Shown here one piece after another: positions 1 to 8,425 of a DNA stretch of 64,000 nucleotides (positions within the stretch are counted from its first letter, which is position 1; every line of letters starts with the position of its first letter). The stretch covers positions 6,594 through 70,593 of the forward strand of contig CAZPER010000006.1 of assembly GCA_964585655.1 (NCBI GenBank). The letters run 5' to 3'. The notes below the pieces were generated by a model. The model did not search any database. It worked only from the letters and a program-made list of their open reading frames with translations, and had not been told where the DNA came from. A program made the position numbers and the translations under genes. The DNA comes from an uncultured Gemmatimonadaceae bacterium. GTDB taxonomy: Bacteria > Gemmatimonadota > Gemmatimonadetes > Gemmatimonadales > GWC2-71-9.

Positions 1-690
1 CAGGGTGGTGGTCACCGGCGCGATGCCGACGGAGGTGAAGACCTGCGCCTGTCCCGTCTGGACGATCACCTGCCCGGTCATGTTCGCATGCCGGGTGCAC
101 TCGTAGGCGTAGGTTCCCGCGGCAAGGAAGCTCCGGGACACCGCCGCCCCGGGCGCCTGGTCGGGAATGTTGAGGGTCGCCTGCGCCGGGCTGCCGAAGG
201 TGACGTTGTGCACCGCCCCGGAGAACTGCCAGGTGACGCTGTCGCCGACAATCACGGTCACGGTGGATGGCACGAACGTGGTTCCGCTCGTGCCGACGGG
301 ATGGGCCGGGCCTCCGGTCGTCGCCGGCAGCACGGTGACCGTGGCGGTGTCACCATGGGTAACGCCATCCACGGTCAGCGCGACGAAGACCCGGGTGTTC
401 CCCAGGCTCTTTCCATTGACCGCCCCGCCGATGACCTCGGCGATGGCCGTGTCCTCGATGGTCCATGCCGGCGCCGGCAGGCCACTGATGGCGGCGCCGT
501 TCTGGTCCCGCGGTGTCGCGGTGAGCTGCAGCGCGCTCCCCATCTCCACCGCAACGCTGTCGGCACCGAGCGCCAGGGTCGTGAACACCGGCGCGGGGGC
601 ATCAGGACCGACCGCACCGCCGCCACCACAAGCGGCCAGGGCAAGGGGGACGAGGAACAACGGCAGATGGAAAAACCGGTGGCAGGACAT
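1..690 (-). CDS. Lipoprotein with Ig-like (Big_2-like) and plastocyanin/cupredoxin domains; 3' end lies beyond the left edge
   Basis: Not in the ORF track because there is no stop in the window. Hand translation: MSCHRFFHLPLFLVPLALAACGGGG (lipobox LAAC), then LQLTATPRDQNG..AWTIEDTAIAEV, then FVPSTVTVIVGDSVTWQFSGAVHNVTF..GTYAYECTRHANMTGQVIV (type-1 Cu ligands H, C, H, M). GGAG lies upstream of the ATG. Confidence 0.85.
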   Translation of the reverse strand, partial: MSCHRFFHLPLFLVPLALAACGGGGAVGPDAPAPVFTTLALGADSVAVEMGSALQLTATPRDQNGAAISGLPAPAWTIEDTAIAEVIGGAVNGKSLGNTRVFVALTVDGVTHGDTATVTVLPATTGGPAHPVGTSGTTFVPSTVTVIVGDSVTWQFSGAVHNVTFGSPAQATLNIPDQAPGAAVSRSFLAAGTYAYECTRHANMTGQVIVQTGQAQVFTSVGIAPVTTTL

Positions 691-729
691 GTCCACTCCG
701 CAGGCGTGAGACGCGATCTCACCAATGTT

Positions 730-769
730 CATGAAGCAGCATGAAGCCGCGCGAAGTGCAGCCTGAAGC
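730..769. promoter_or_regulatory. Direct-repeat box upstream of the cupredoxin gene (candidate response-regulator site)
   Basis: CATGAAGC at 730 and 740 (10-bp period), with weaker copies near 751 and 762. Confidence 0.4.
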
Positions 770-962
770 CAACTTCAACTGCCGCCGACAGGGGCAACTG
801 CCGTTCCCGGTCTGACCGGGCTGCCGGTACGCCGGGCGATCCAGCCGTGCGCCGTGCCGCAAGCCCTTGCGGAGCCGATGGTTGCAGGGGAGAAGCGGAC
901 GCGGCCGCGCACGGAATCCGTGCGCGGCCGCCGGTCCGCCGCTGTACCGCCGCGAGCGGGGC

Positions 963-1589
963 CTACTGTTTCGCTACAGGGAGCGCCCCGCCAAGCCAGC
1001 GCGCGGCATCCTCCACTTCGCCAGGCGCAAGCTCATGCCCCGCTGCACGCCAGTCCAGTTCCACCGCCGCCCCACCCGCCCGGAGAATCGCCGCAAGCCG
1101 CTCGGCGTTGGCCACCGGGACGATCGGGTCGTACCGGCCGGAGCCGATGCGCACCGCGGTCCCCGACAGATCGGGGACTGTCTCCGGTTCAAACGGCACC
1201 ATGGCACGGAGCAGCAGCGCCCGACGGAGCAGGCCGGGCTCCCGCAGCATGAGGCTCGCGGCGATGTTGGCGCCGTTGGAGAAGCCCACCGCCGTGACCC
1301 CCTGGAGTGGAAAGGCGTACCGCTCCGCCGCCTCCCGCAGAAACTCCGCGAGCTCAGTGGTCCGCCTGGCCAGGTCCGCCTGGTCGAACACCCCTTCCGC
1401 CAGGCGGCGAAAGAAGCGCGGCATTGATCCTTCCAGCACCCGGCCCCGGACCGCGAGCAGGCTGGCCGACGGCGCCAGCGCGCGGCCGAGGGGTAGGAGG
1501 CTCTGCTCGTTCCCGCCGGTGCCGTGCAGCAGGAACAGCGTCTCCCCGCTGGTGCCGGGCACATACTGGTGGATAAAGTCGGTCCTCAT
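963..1589 (-). CDS. Phospholipase/carboxylesterase, MhqD-like alpha/beta hydrolase
   Basis: MRTDFIH..LLHGTGGNE..GFSNGAN..GH. ATGA overlap with the upstream dioxygenase stop sets the start at 1589 rather than 1865. Confidence 0.9.
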   Translation of the reverse strand: MRTDFIHQYVPGTSGETLFLLHGTGGNEQSLLPLGRALAPSASLLAVRGRVLEGSMPRFFRRLAEGVFDQADLARRTTELAEFLREAAERYAFPLQGVTAVGFSNGANIAASLMLREPGLLRRALLLRAMVPFEPETVPDLSGTAVRIGSGRYDPIVPVANAERLAAILRAGGAAVELDWRAAGHELAPGEVEDAARWLGGALPVAKQ

Positions 1590-2521
1590 GCGGCCGGTAC
1601 CTCCAGCGGAGGCAGGATCGCCTCGATCGCCGCCCGGTTGCCCTCGTACTGCGGCGGCAGCCGCAGCTCGGCGCCCAGACTGGCTTCGGCCTCGTCGGTC
1701 AGGAAGCCCGGACCATCGGTGGCAATCTCGAACAACACGCCCCCCGGCTCCCGGAAGTAGATGGACTGGAAGTACTGCCGGTCCACCACCGGTGTCACTC
1801 CGAGCGTGCGGCCGAGCAGCTCCCCCCGGAGCCGGAGCTGATCCACGCCATTCGCCGCGCGCCACGCCACATGGTGCACGGTGCCCGCTCCCATGGTGCC
1901 GGAAGGCCCGGCCGGGTCCCGCAGCAGGTCCACCGCGCTGCCGTCGGGACTCAGCATCCGACGGCTCCCCCCGTCACTGCCACGCTCGGAGAAACCCAGC
2001 GCCTCGACCAGCAGGTCCGCGGTGGCATCGGTGCCCCGGAGCGTCAGCGTCGTGCCCGCCAGACCGGTGATCTGGTGTGCCTCCGGCACCGGACTGCCAG
2101 GCCACGACTCCCCCCGGGGCGCCGTGCGCTCCACGAGCTCGAGGCCGAGGCCATCGGGATCCGAGAGGCGGAGCGTGGTCTCGCCGAACCGCTCCCGGCG
2201 AACCACACCGTTGACGCCGAGGCGGCCCAGCCGATCCTCCCAGTAGCCCGCGCTGCCGGCGGGGATGGCGTAGGAGGTGAGGGTCGCCTGGCCCGCGCCT
2301 GGACGGCCGGGCCGGGCATCGGCCCACGGGAAGAAGGTGAGCAGCGTGCCGGGGTGCCCGATCCGGTCCCCGAAGTAGAAGTGGTACGTCCCCGGGTCGT
2401 CGAAGTTGACGGTGCGCTTCACGAAGCGCAGCCCGAGGGTGCCGGCATAGAACGCGAGGTTCCGCTGCGGATCCCCGGCGATGGCGGTGATGTGGTGCAG
2501 TCCCTGGCTCCTGGTGTTCAT
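1586..2521 (-). CDS. Ring-cleaving dioxygenase/glyoxalase, MhqO-like
   Basis: GLHHITAIAGDPQRN..VKRTVNFDDPGTYHFYFGD..GTVHHVAWR..DRQYFQSIYFREPGGVLFEIATDGPGF. GGAGG RBS upstream. Confidence 0.93.
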   Translation of the reverse strand: MNTRSQGLHHITAIAGDPQRNLAFYAGTLGLRFVKRTVNFDDPGTYHFYFGDRIGHPGTLLTFFPWADARPGRPGAGQATLTSYAIPAGSAGYWEDRLGRLGVNGVVRRERFGETTLRLSDPDGLGLELVERTAPRGESWPGSPVPEAHQITGLAGTTLTLRGTDATADLLVEALGFSERGSDGGSRRMLSPDGSAVDLLRDPAGPSGTMGAGTVHHVAWRAANGVDQLRLRGELLGRTLGVTPVVDRQYFQSIYFREPGGVLFEIATDGPGFLTDEAEASLGAELRLPPQYEGNRAAIEAILPPLEVPAA

Positions 2522-2571
2522 CCTGCCCTCCAAATGGTACGACAACAAACGATCACTCCGTGACAACGCAC

Positions 2572-3027
2572 TCAGCGCTGGCTGGCCAGCCCGAGCTTCC
2601 TGCACAACTGCCCCAGCTGCCGCTGCTCGGCCGCGGTCAGCGCGCCCAGCAGCGCCGTGACCCGCTCCGCATGGGCCGGGAACGCCCTGGCGATCAGGGC
2701 CTCCCCCTTGGACGAGAGCCGGACCAGGTGGGCCCGGCGGTCATCGGGATTCTCCCCCCGGTGGACCAGCCCGCTCCGCTCCAGGTTGTCGATGACCGTG
2801 GTGAGGTTGCTGCCGCTCACCAGCAGCTTCTCGCATAACCGAGCCTGCGGCATCGGCCCGAGGTGCCAGAGCGCCTCCAGCACGCCGAACTGGGATTCGG
2901 TCACCCCGTGATCCTTCTGGAGCACCGGGTTGAGCCGGGCCGAAAGGGTGTTCACCGCGCGGCGCAGCTTCACGAAGGCGCTGAGCGCCCGCCTGGTGGC
3001 CGGATCCCGGGTGACCGTTGTCCGCAT
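2572..3027 (-). CDS. MarR-family regulator, MhqR-like
   Basis: VTESQFGVLEALWHLGP..KLLVSGSNLTTVIDNLERSGLV..DDRRAHLVRLS. First gene of the mhq-like operon. Confidence 0.9.
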   Translation of the reverse strand: MRTTVTRDPATRRALSAFVKLRRAVNTLSARLNPVLQKDHGVTESQFGVLEALWHLGPMPQARLCEKLLVSGSNLTTVIDNLERSGLVHRGENPDDRRAHLVRLSSKGEALIARAFPAHAERVTALLGALTAAEQRQLGQLCRKLGLASQR

Positions 3028-3045
3028 CTTTGCTCCATGTCGCAT

Positions 3046-3085
3046 TGTTCGATATCGAACATAATGGGCCCGCGGCGCCCGTCAA
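3046..3085 (-). promoter_or_regulatory. Promoter TTGACG-16-TATGTT with a perfect 16-bp palindromic operator over the -10
   Basis: TGTTCGATATCGAACA at 3046-3061 is its own reverse complement. -35 at 3085-3080. Confidence 0.75.
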
Positions 3086-3753
3086 CCCCCGCCCGGCCGT
3101 CCCGCCACGTCGAGCAGCACCGGGGCCGGGATGCCGTGGCCCCCGGGATAGCGCCGGGCGTCGACCCGGGCGCCGGCGGCCTGGAGCGTGGCGGCGTTCT
3201 CCTCGATGCTCCCGGGGGTGGCGTACGGGTCCGTGTCTCCGGCAATGATGAGCACGGGAGTCTGGCCGATTGCCTCAGCAAGCTGGGCCGGCGCGACGTC
3301 GCGGGGAAGCGGTGCACCCCACAGCACGACCCGGTCCGGTCGGAGCCCTCCCGCGACCAGCCACCGGGTGGCCATGACCGATCCCTGGCTGAATCCGAGC
3401 AGCGTCACCCGGGGACGGGCCGGCCTGGCCGAGAGGAGCTGCGCCGCCAGCCGGTCGAGGAAGCGCAGGTGGTCGGTCAGGTCCGCCTCCCGGTGTTCCC
3501 GGGTGAGCCAGGTGGCGCCGATGGCGGGTCCATGATGCCCGTCCATCCGGGTCTCCAGGTAGAACCTGGAGAGCGCTTCCGGGGCCACGACCCGCGTGGC
3601 GCCATCGTCGAGTGGCGCCAGCCAGCGCAGGAAGCGTGCGGCGAGCTGGGCGTAGCCGTGCAGTCCGATCCACAGCTCCTCGACCGGCCCGGACTCGGGT
3701 CCTAGCTGGAAATAGCGCGCGGTGCGGGTGACCTCGAGCAGGTGCGGCTTCAT
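3082..3753 (-). CDS. Phospholipase/carboxylesterase family hydrolase
   Basis: LHGYAQLA..GFSQG nucleophile elbow..GDTD..YPGGH. Confidence 0.88.
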   Translation of the reverse strand: MKPHLLEVTRTARYFQLGPESGPVEELWIGLHGYAQLAARFLRWLAPLDDGATRVVAPEALSRFYLETRMDGHHGPAIGATWLTREHREADLTDHLRFLDRLAAQLLSARPARPRVTLLGFSQGSVMATRWLVAGGLRPDRVVLWGAPLPRDVAPAQLAEAIGQTPVLIIAGDTDPYATPGSIEENAATLQAAGARVDARRYPGGHGIPAPVLLDVAGRPGGG

Positions 3754-3912
3754 GGCGATGCCATTGAGGGCATGGGCTGGAGCTCCGGATTCATGAGGGC
3801 CCGACGGGATCTGCCTGCGGCGTCCGTGAAGGGCGCGAGGGCCTCGCCTTCACGGAAGCCAATCGGGGCACTGGGTATATATAGGCCCCGTCAACCGGGA
3901 TGGATGGTCCGC

Positions 3913-4794
3913 ATGCGCATCACCCTGCTCCTCGGCCTCGCCGCCGCGCCCGGGCTCGCCGCCCAGGCACCCCCGGCGCCCCGGACGGAGCTGGTCATCA
4001 ACGCCCCGGCGCTCGCGGCGCAGCTGAGCGATTCGAATCTGGTCCTGGTTCACGTGGACCGGGATCCCCAGGCCTACGCGGATGCCCACCTGCCCGGGGC
4101 CCGCTTCCTCCCCCTTCGGGCCATCATCACGGAGCGCGCCGGCATTCCCAACGAGCTGCCTCCCGTCGCGCAACTCGACTCTGTCCTGGAATCGGCGGGA
4201 ATCTCGAACCACAGCCGGATCGTGATCTACGGTGATCCGCTCGCCGCGGCACGGCTGTTCTTCAGCCTCGACTACCTGGGCCTTGGAGACCGTGCCAGCC
4301 TGCTGGACGGCGGCCTCCCGGGGTGGAAAGCCGCCGGACTCCCGGTCACCCACGAGGTGCCCGCGCCGCCGGTGCGGGGGCGGATCGAGCCCAGGATCCA
4401 GCCCGGGCTGCTCATCGATGCGGCCGAACTCGCCCGGCGCCTGCGCGATCCGGCGCTGGCGCTGGTGGACGCGCGGCCGCCGGCGGAATGGAGCGGCGCC
4501 ACCCCCGGAGACGGCGTGCTCCGCCCCGGTCACATCCCCGGCGCGCGGAGCTTCTTCTGGCGCCTCGCCCTCACGCCCGGTGAGCCGGCCTATCTCAAGG
4601 ACGTCGCGGTCCTCGGAAAGCTGCTGGGCCGGGCCGGCCTCGCCCCGGGACGCGAGGTCATCACCTATTGCCGCACCGGGGTGCAGGCGAGCTACCTGTA
4701 CTTCGTGGCGCGATACCTGGGCTACCGGCCTCGGATGTACGACGGCTCTTTCATCGAGTGGAGCGAGATGGCGGAGCTGCCGGTCGAACGCTGA
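3913..4794 (+). CDS. Secreted tandem-domain rhodanese/sulfurtransferase
   Basis: Signal peptide MRITLLLGLAAAPGLAA|Q; HLPGA, LDGGLPGW, GHIPGA, active-site loop YCRTGVQA, YDGSFIEW. Confidence 0.9.
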   Translation: MRITLLLGLAAAPGLAAQAPPAPRTELVINAPALAAQLSDSNLVLVHVDRDPQAYADAHLPGARFLPLRAIITERAGIPNELPPVAQLDSVLESAGISNHSRIVIYGDPLAAARLFFSLDYLGLGDRASLLDGGLPGWKAAGLPVTHEVPAPPVRGRIEPRIQPGLLIDAAELARRLRDPALALVDARPPAEWSGATPGDGVLRPGHIPGARSFFWRLALTPGEPAYLKDVAVLGKLLGRAGLAPGREVITYCRTGVQASYLYFVARYLGYRPRMYDGSFIEWSEMAELPVER

Positions 4795-4809
4795 TCCGGA
4801 AGCCACGAC

Positions 4810-4833
4810 GGGGCGGAGCCGAAGCTCCGCCCC
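4810..4833. terminator. Hairpin between convergent genes
   Basis: GGGGCGGAGC-CGAA-GCTCCGCCCC; no U-tract. Confidence 0.5.
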
Positions 4834-4858
4834 GCCACCGTTCCCACTGCCGCCGCAC

Positions 4859-6049
4859 TCAGAACGCCGCGATGATCCCCACCGTGGCCCGGGTGAGTTC
4901 CTGTTCGACATCATAGGTGACCTCGCCGCTCATCCGGAGGTTCCGCTGGATCAGGTGGCCGACGCCCCCGGAGATGCTTTCATAGCGCTTCCCGGGCGCG
5001 GGGCCGCCGAGCCGGACGTCCATCAGCGGCCGGTTGGCGGTGACCAGGTTGTAGAGCGCGAAGCCGTAGAACCGGCTGTTCGCGGGGCGGATGACGAGTT
5101 CACCGAAGCCGCCATTCATGCGGACTTCGGCTTCCCCCGCGGTATAGGTCGGTTCGTCGTCCCGGCGGTGGACGTACTGACCGTTCACCTCGACCGGGCC
5201 GAGCACGACCGTCCCGTCCACGCCGAGCATGCGGGTCTTGTTGGTGGCGCCGTTCCCGTGGGACCGGCCGTAGTAGCCGAAGCCGCCGAGCCGGAGCGGC
5301 GACGCGATGTCACGGGTGATGTGGAGGAACACGTTCTTGCTGGCATCGGTATCGTAGCGCCGGTCCGCCTGGGCGATCCCGATCCCGCTCCCGTTCAGGA
5401 CCTCCCCGGTCAGGGTGAAGCCCCCGACATCCGCCATCGCCATGACGCCGCGATCATAGGTCAGGTCGACTGGGACGTCCCCGATCCGGGCGCGGTACAC
5501 GGCGTAGTCCTCGAACTCGAGGCGCAATTCGCGCTTGAACATCGGATCGGAGACCTGGAACTGGCCGACGGCGACGTCCAGTGGGGCGCCGCCGAGGTCG
5601 TTGAAGTGCAGAAAGGCGTCCTCGACGCCGCCGATGTCGCCCCGCTCCACGAGGAAGGTGTAGAAGTAGTACGAGATCTTCCGGGAGATGGCCCCGCCGC
5701 TCAGCACCTTGATACCATAGGGGTACTGGAAGTCGGTGGCGACGTTGCCGTTGGCGTAGGCCTGGGCGTACATCTCGAGGCGGATGGCGAGCGGGATGTC
5801 TTTCATCAGGGCGAGCAGTTCATCACCCGTGCCGATGGTGTCCATCGGCTCCTCGGCGGCGCTCATCCGGTAGCCGTTGGCGGCGAAGGTGGCGCCGAAG
5901 TCGGTGAGCGTCGGGAAGGGGTTGTGGCAGGTCTGGCAGCTGATCTTGTAGCGGCGGGCGAACGCCGGGATGGCGGACGCCGGCCGGGGCAGGATGACGA
6001 GGAGGCCGGCCAGGACAAGCAGGCCGCAGAGCAGACGACGCATGGGCAT
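4859..6049 (-). CDS. Cyc2-like fused monoheme cytochrome c / outer-membrane beta-barrel
   Basis: Signal peptide, then AIPAFARRYKISCQTCHNPFPTLTDFGATFAANGY (CxxCH at 5924-5938), amphipathic beta-strands and a C-terminal Phe (GIIAAF). Confidence 0.8.
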   Translation of the reverse strand: MPMRRLLCGLLVLAGLLVILPRPASAIPAFARRYKISCQTCHNPFPTLTDFGATFAANGYRMSAAEEPMDTIGTGDELLALMKDIPLAIRLEMYAQAYANGNVATDFQYPYGIKVLSGGAISRKISYYFYTFLVERGDIGGVEDAFLHFNDLGGAPLDVAVGQFQVSDPMFKRELRLEFEDYAVYRARIGDVPVDLTYDRGVMAMADVGGFTLTGEVLNGSGIGIAQADRRYDTDASKNVFLHITRDIASPLRLGGFGYYGRSHGNGATNKTRMLGVDGTVVLGPVEVNGQYVHRRDDEPTYTAGEAEVRMNGGFGELVIRPANSRFYGFALYNLVTANRPLMDVRLGGPAPGKRYESISGGVGHLIQRNLRMSGEVTYDVEQELTRATVGIIAAF

Positions 6050-6170
6050 GGGACTCTCTGTAGACAGGTATGTCTCTAGGATAGCAAGGGCGAATGAATC
6101 GGTCATGAACCGAGCCTGAGTCCTCCCTCCGACCCCTTGGCGGATCCCGCGGCTCGCCGCACCTTAGGGG

Positions 6171-7070
6171 ATGGCCTGGCTCAACTACCACCACCTGCTC
6201 TACTTCTGGACCGTCGCCCGCGAGGGCACCATCGCGCGCGCCACCCAGAAGCTGCACCTGACCCAGCCGACCATCAGCGCCCAGATCCATGCGCTGGAGG
6301 AGAGCCTGGGGGAAAAGCTCTTCGTCCGCAGCGGTCGCCGCCTGGTCCTTACGGAGATCGGGCAGATCGTCTATCGCTACGCCGAGGAGATCTTCACCCT
6401 CGGGCGCGAGTTGCAGGACGTGCTGGCGGGCCAGCCGAGCGGGCGGCCCCTCCGGCTCACGGTAGGAATTGCAGACCAGGTGCCCAAGCTGCTGGCGCAT
6501 CGACTGCTCGCGCCGGCCCTGGGGATGGCGGAACCGGTGCACGTCATCTGCCGGGAGGATAAACCGGAGCGGCTATTTGCCGAACTGATGACGCACGCAC
6601 TGGACCTGGTGCTGACCGATGCCCCGGTGAGCGCCGAGACCAGGGTGCGGGCCTTCAATCACGCGCTCGGCGACACCGGGGTGGCGATCTTCGGTGTGGC
6701 GCCGCTGGCGGACAAGTACCGTCGCGGCTTTCCCCGCTCCCTCGACGGCGCGCCCTTCCTGCTTCCGACCGAGGGCACGAGCCTCCGGCGTTCGCTGGAG
6801 GAGTGGTTCGACCAGGAGCGGATCCGGCCCGCGGTGGTCGGCGAGTTCAGCGACAGCGCCCTGCTCAAGGTGTTCGGCATGGGCGGGGTGGGATTGTTCG
6901 CGGCGCCGACCGCGATCGGCGACGATGTGCGCCGGCAGTACGAGGTCAAGCTCGTGGGCGCGGTGGACGGGGTGCGGGAGACCTTCTATGCCATCACCAT
7001 CGAGCGTCGCCTCCGGCATCCGGCCGTGATGGCCATCTCCGAAGCGGCGCGCAACCGGCTGTTCGCCTGA
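6171..7070 (+). CDS. nhaR: LysR-family activator NhaR
   Basis: WLNYHHLLYFWTVAREGTIARA..LTQPTISAQI..GEFSDSALLKVFG..FYAITIERRLRHPAV. Confidence 0.88.
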   Translation: MAWLNYHHLLYFWTVAREGTIARATQKLHLTQPTISAQIHALEESLGEKLFVRSGRRLVLTEIGQIVYRYAEEIFTLGRELQDVLAGQPSGRPLRLTVGIADQVPKLLAHRLLAPALGMAEPVHVICREDKPERLFAELMTHALDLVLTDAPVSAETRVRAFNHALGDTGVAIFGVAPLADKYRRGFPRSLDGAPFLLPTEGTSLRRSLEEWFDQERIRPAVVGEFSDSALLKVFGMGGVGLFAAPTAIGDDVRRQYEVKLVGAVDGVRETFYAITIERRLRHPAVMAISEAARNRLFA

Positions 7071-7125
7071 ATCGGCAGGGTCATCGTGGCCGTCTCTGTT
7101 TGCCGGGGGCCGGGCCGGGCAATAC

Positions 7126-7191
7126 ATTGAGCATACCGATGGGACACATCAGATAATTCGATTTGCCCGTGCTGTGCCATCCCCCTAGAAT
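7126..7191 (+). promoter_or_regulatory. Two LysR-type boxes plus sigma70 promoter of terC (probably leaderless)
   Basis: ATTGAGCATACCGAT (7126-7140) and ATCAGATAATTCGAT (7148-7162); TTGCCC(7163)-17-TAGAAT(7186); ATG 7 nt after the -10. Confidence 0.65.
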
Positions 7192-7198
7192 CGTCGCC

Positions 7199-8257
7199 AT
7201 GCTGCTCCTCGACCTGCTTGCCACCGCGCCCGCCGCGCTGGACCAGGTACCCCCCATGGTGTGGGCGTACACCGCCTTCCTGGGCCTGGTCACCCTGTTC
7301 CTCGCGCTCGACCTCGGGGTGTTCCACCGCGAGGCCCACGTCGTGGGCATGCGGGAAGCCATCACCTGGACCGTGATCTGGGTGGTGACCGCCCTGCTGT
7401 TCAACGCGCTGGTCTTCTTGCTCTATGAGCGCCACTGGCTTGGGCTGGGCGTGAACGTCCCGCAGCTGGACGGGTCGGTGAAGCCGCTGGTGGGGGGTCT
7501 CGAAGCGGCGAAGCTGTTCTTCGTCGGCTACGTGGTCGAGAAGTCGCTCAGCATGGACAACGTGTTCGTGATCGCCATGATCTTCGGATACTTCGGGACC
7601 CCGGCCAAGTACCAGCACCGGGTGCTGTTCTGGGGCATCCTCGGGGCGCTGGTCATGCGCGGCGGGATGATTGCCGTGGGGGCGCAGCTGATCCAGAACT
7701 TCAGCTGGGTCATCTACCTCTTCGGCGGCTTCCTGATCCTGACCGCCATCAAGATGGCGGTGGTGTCCACCTCGAACATCGATCCGGAGAAGAACGCCCT
7801 GATCCGGCTGGTGCGCCGCCTGATGCCGGTGTCCACCACGTACGACGGGCAGCGGTTCTTCACCCGCATCGACGGCCGGCGGGCGGCGACGCCGCTCTTC
7901 CTGGCCCTGGTCATGGTGGAGTTCACCGACCTGGTGTTCGCGGTGGACTCGATCCCGGCGATCTTTGCGATCACCGCCGATCCGTTCCTGGTGCTGACGT
8001 CAAACGTCTTCGCGATCCTGGGCCTGCGTTCGCTCTACTTCTGCCTGGCCGCGATGATCGACAAGTTCCGCTACCTCAAGCCGGCGCTGGTGGGGGTGCT
8101 CGCCTTCGTCGGGGTGAAGATGCTGCTGGTGCATTCGTCCTGGAAGATCGACACGACCGTGTCGCTCGCCGTGGTGCTCACGATTCTCACCACAGGCGTC
8201 GTGGCCTCCGTCATCGCAGCCCGGCGGAGCGGCGAGCACCTGGGTGGCGCGACCTGA
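7199..8257 (+). CDS. TerC/Alx family membrane protein (putative Mn/metal homeostasis)
   Basis: GYVVEKSLSMDNVFVI..YQHRVLFWGILGALVMRG..EFTDLVFAVDSIPAIFAIT..SNVFAILGLRSLYF. Confidence 0.93.
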   Translation: MLLLDLLATAPAALDQVPPMVWAYTAFLGLVTLFLALDLGVFHREAHVVGMREAITWTVIWVVTALLFNALVFLLYERHWLGLGVNVPQLDGSVKPLVGGLEAAKLFFVGYVVEKSLSMDNVFVIAMIFGYFGTPAKYQHRVLFWGILGALVMRGGMIAVGAQLIQNFSWVIYLFGGFLILTAIKMAVVSTSNIDPEKNALIRLVRRLMPVSTTYDGQRFFTRIDGRRAATPLFLALVMVEFTDLVFAVDSIPAIFAITADPFLVLTSNVFAILGLRSLYFCLAAMIDKFRYLKPALVGVLAFVGVKMLLVHSSWKIDTTVSLAVVLTILTTGVVASVIAARRSGEHLGGAT

Positions 8258-8425
8258 CCGGATCCGCCACCGACCCCGGCCCGGCCGGGCCCCTCTCCGG
8301 TCCCTTTCCCACGAACCTTCCCGGCCCGTCCCGTTTGGGGCGGGCCGATTCGTGGGCGGACCCCTCGTGGAGCGCCCCATGATGCACCTGTTCCTCCCCG
8401 GCCGGGCCGGCAACGCGACGCACCG

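Noticed and set aside
7071..7198. yybP-ykoY riboswitch expected before terC
   Set aside because: No recognisable aptamer, and the promoter abuts the start codon.
8308..8356. Stem-loop between terC and sbtA as an ncRNA
   Set aside because: No known motif or U-tract; cannot be supported beyond generic GC pairing.
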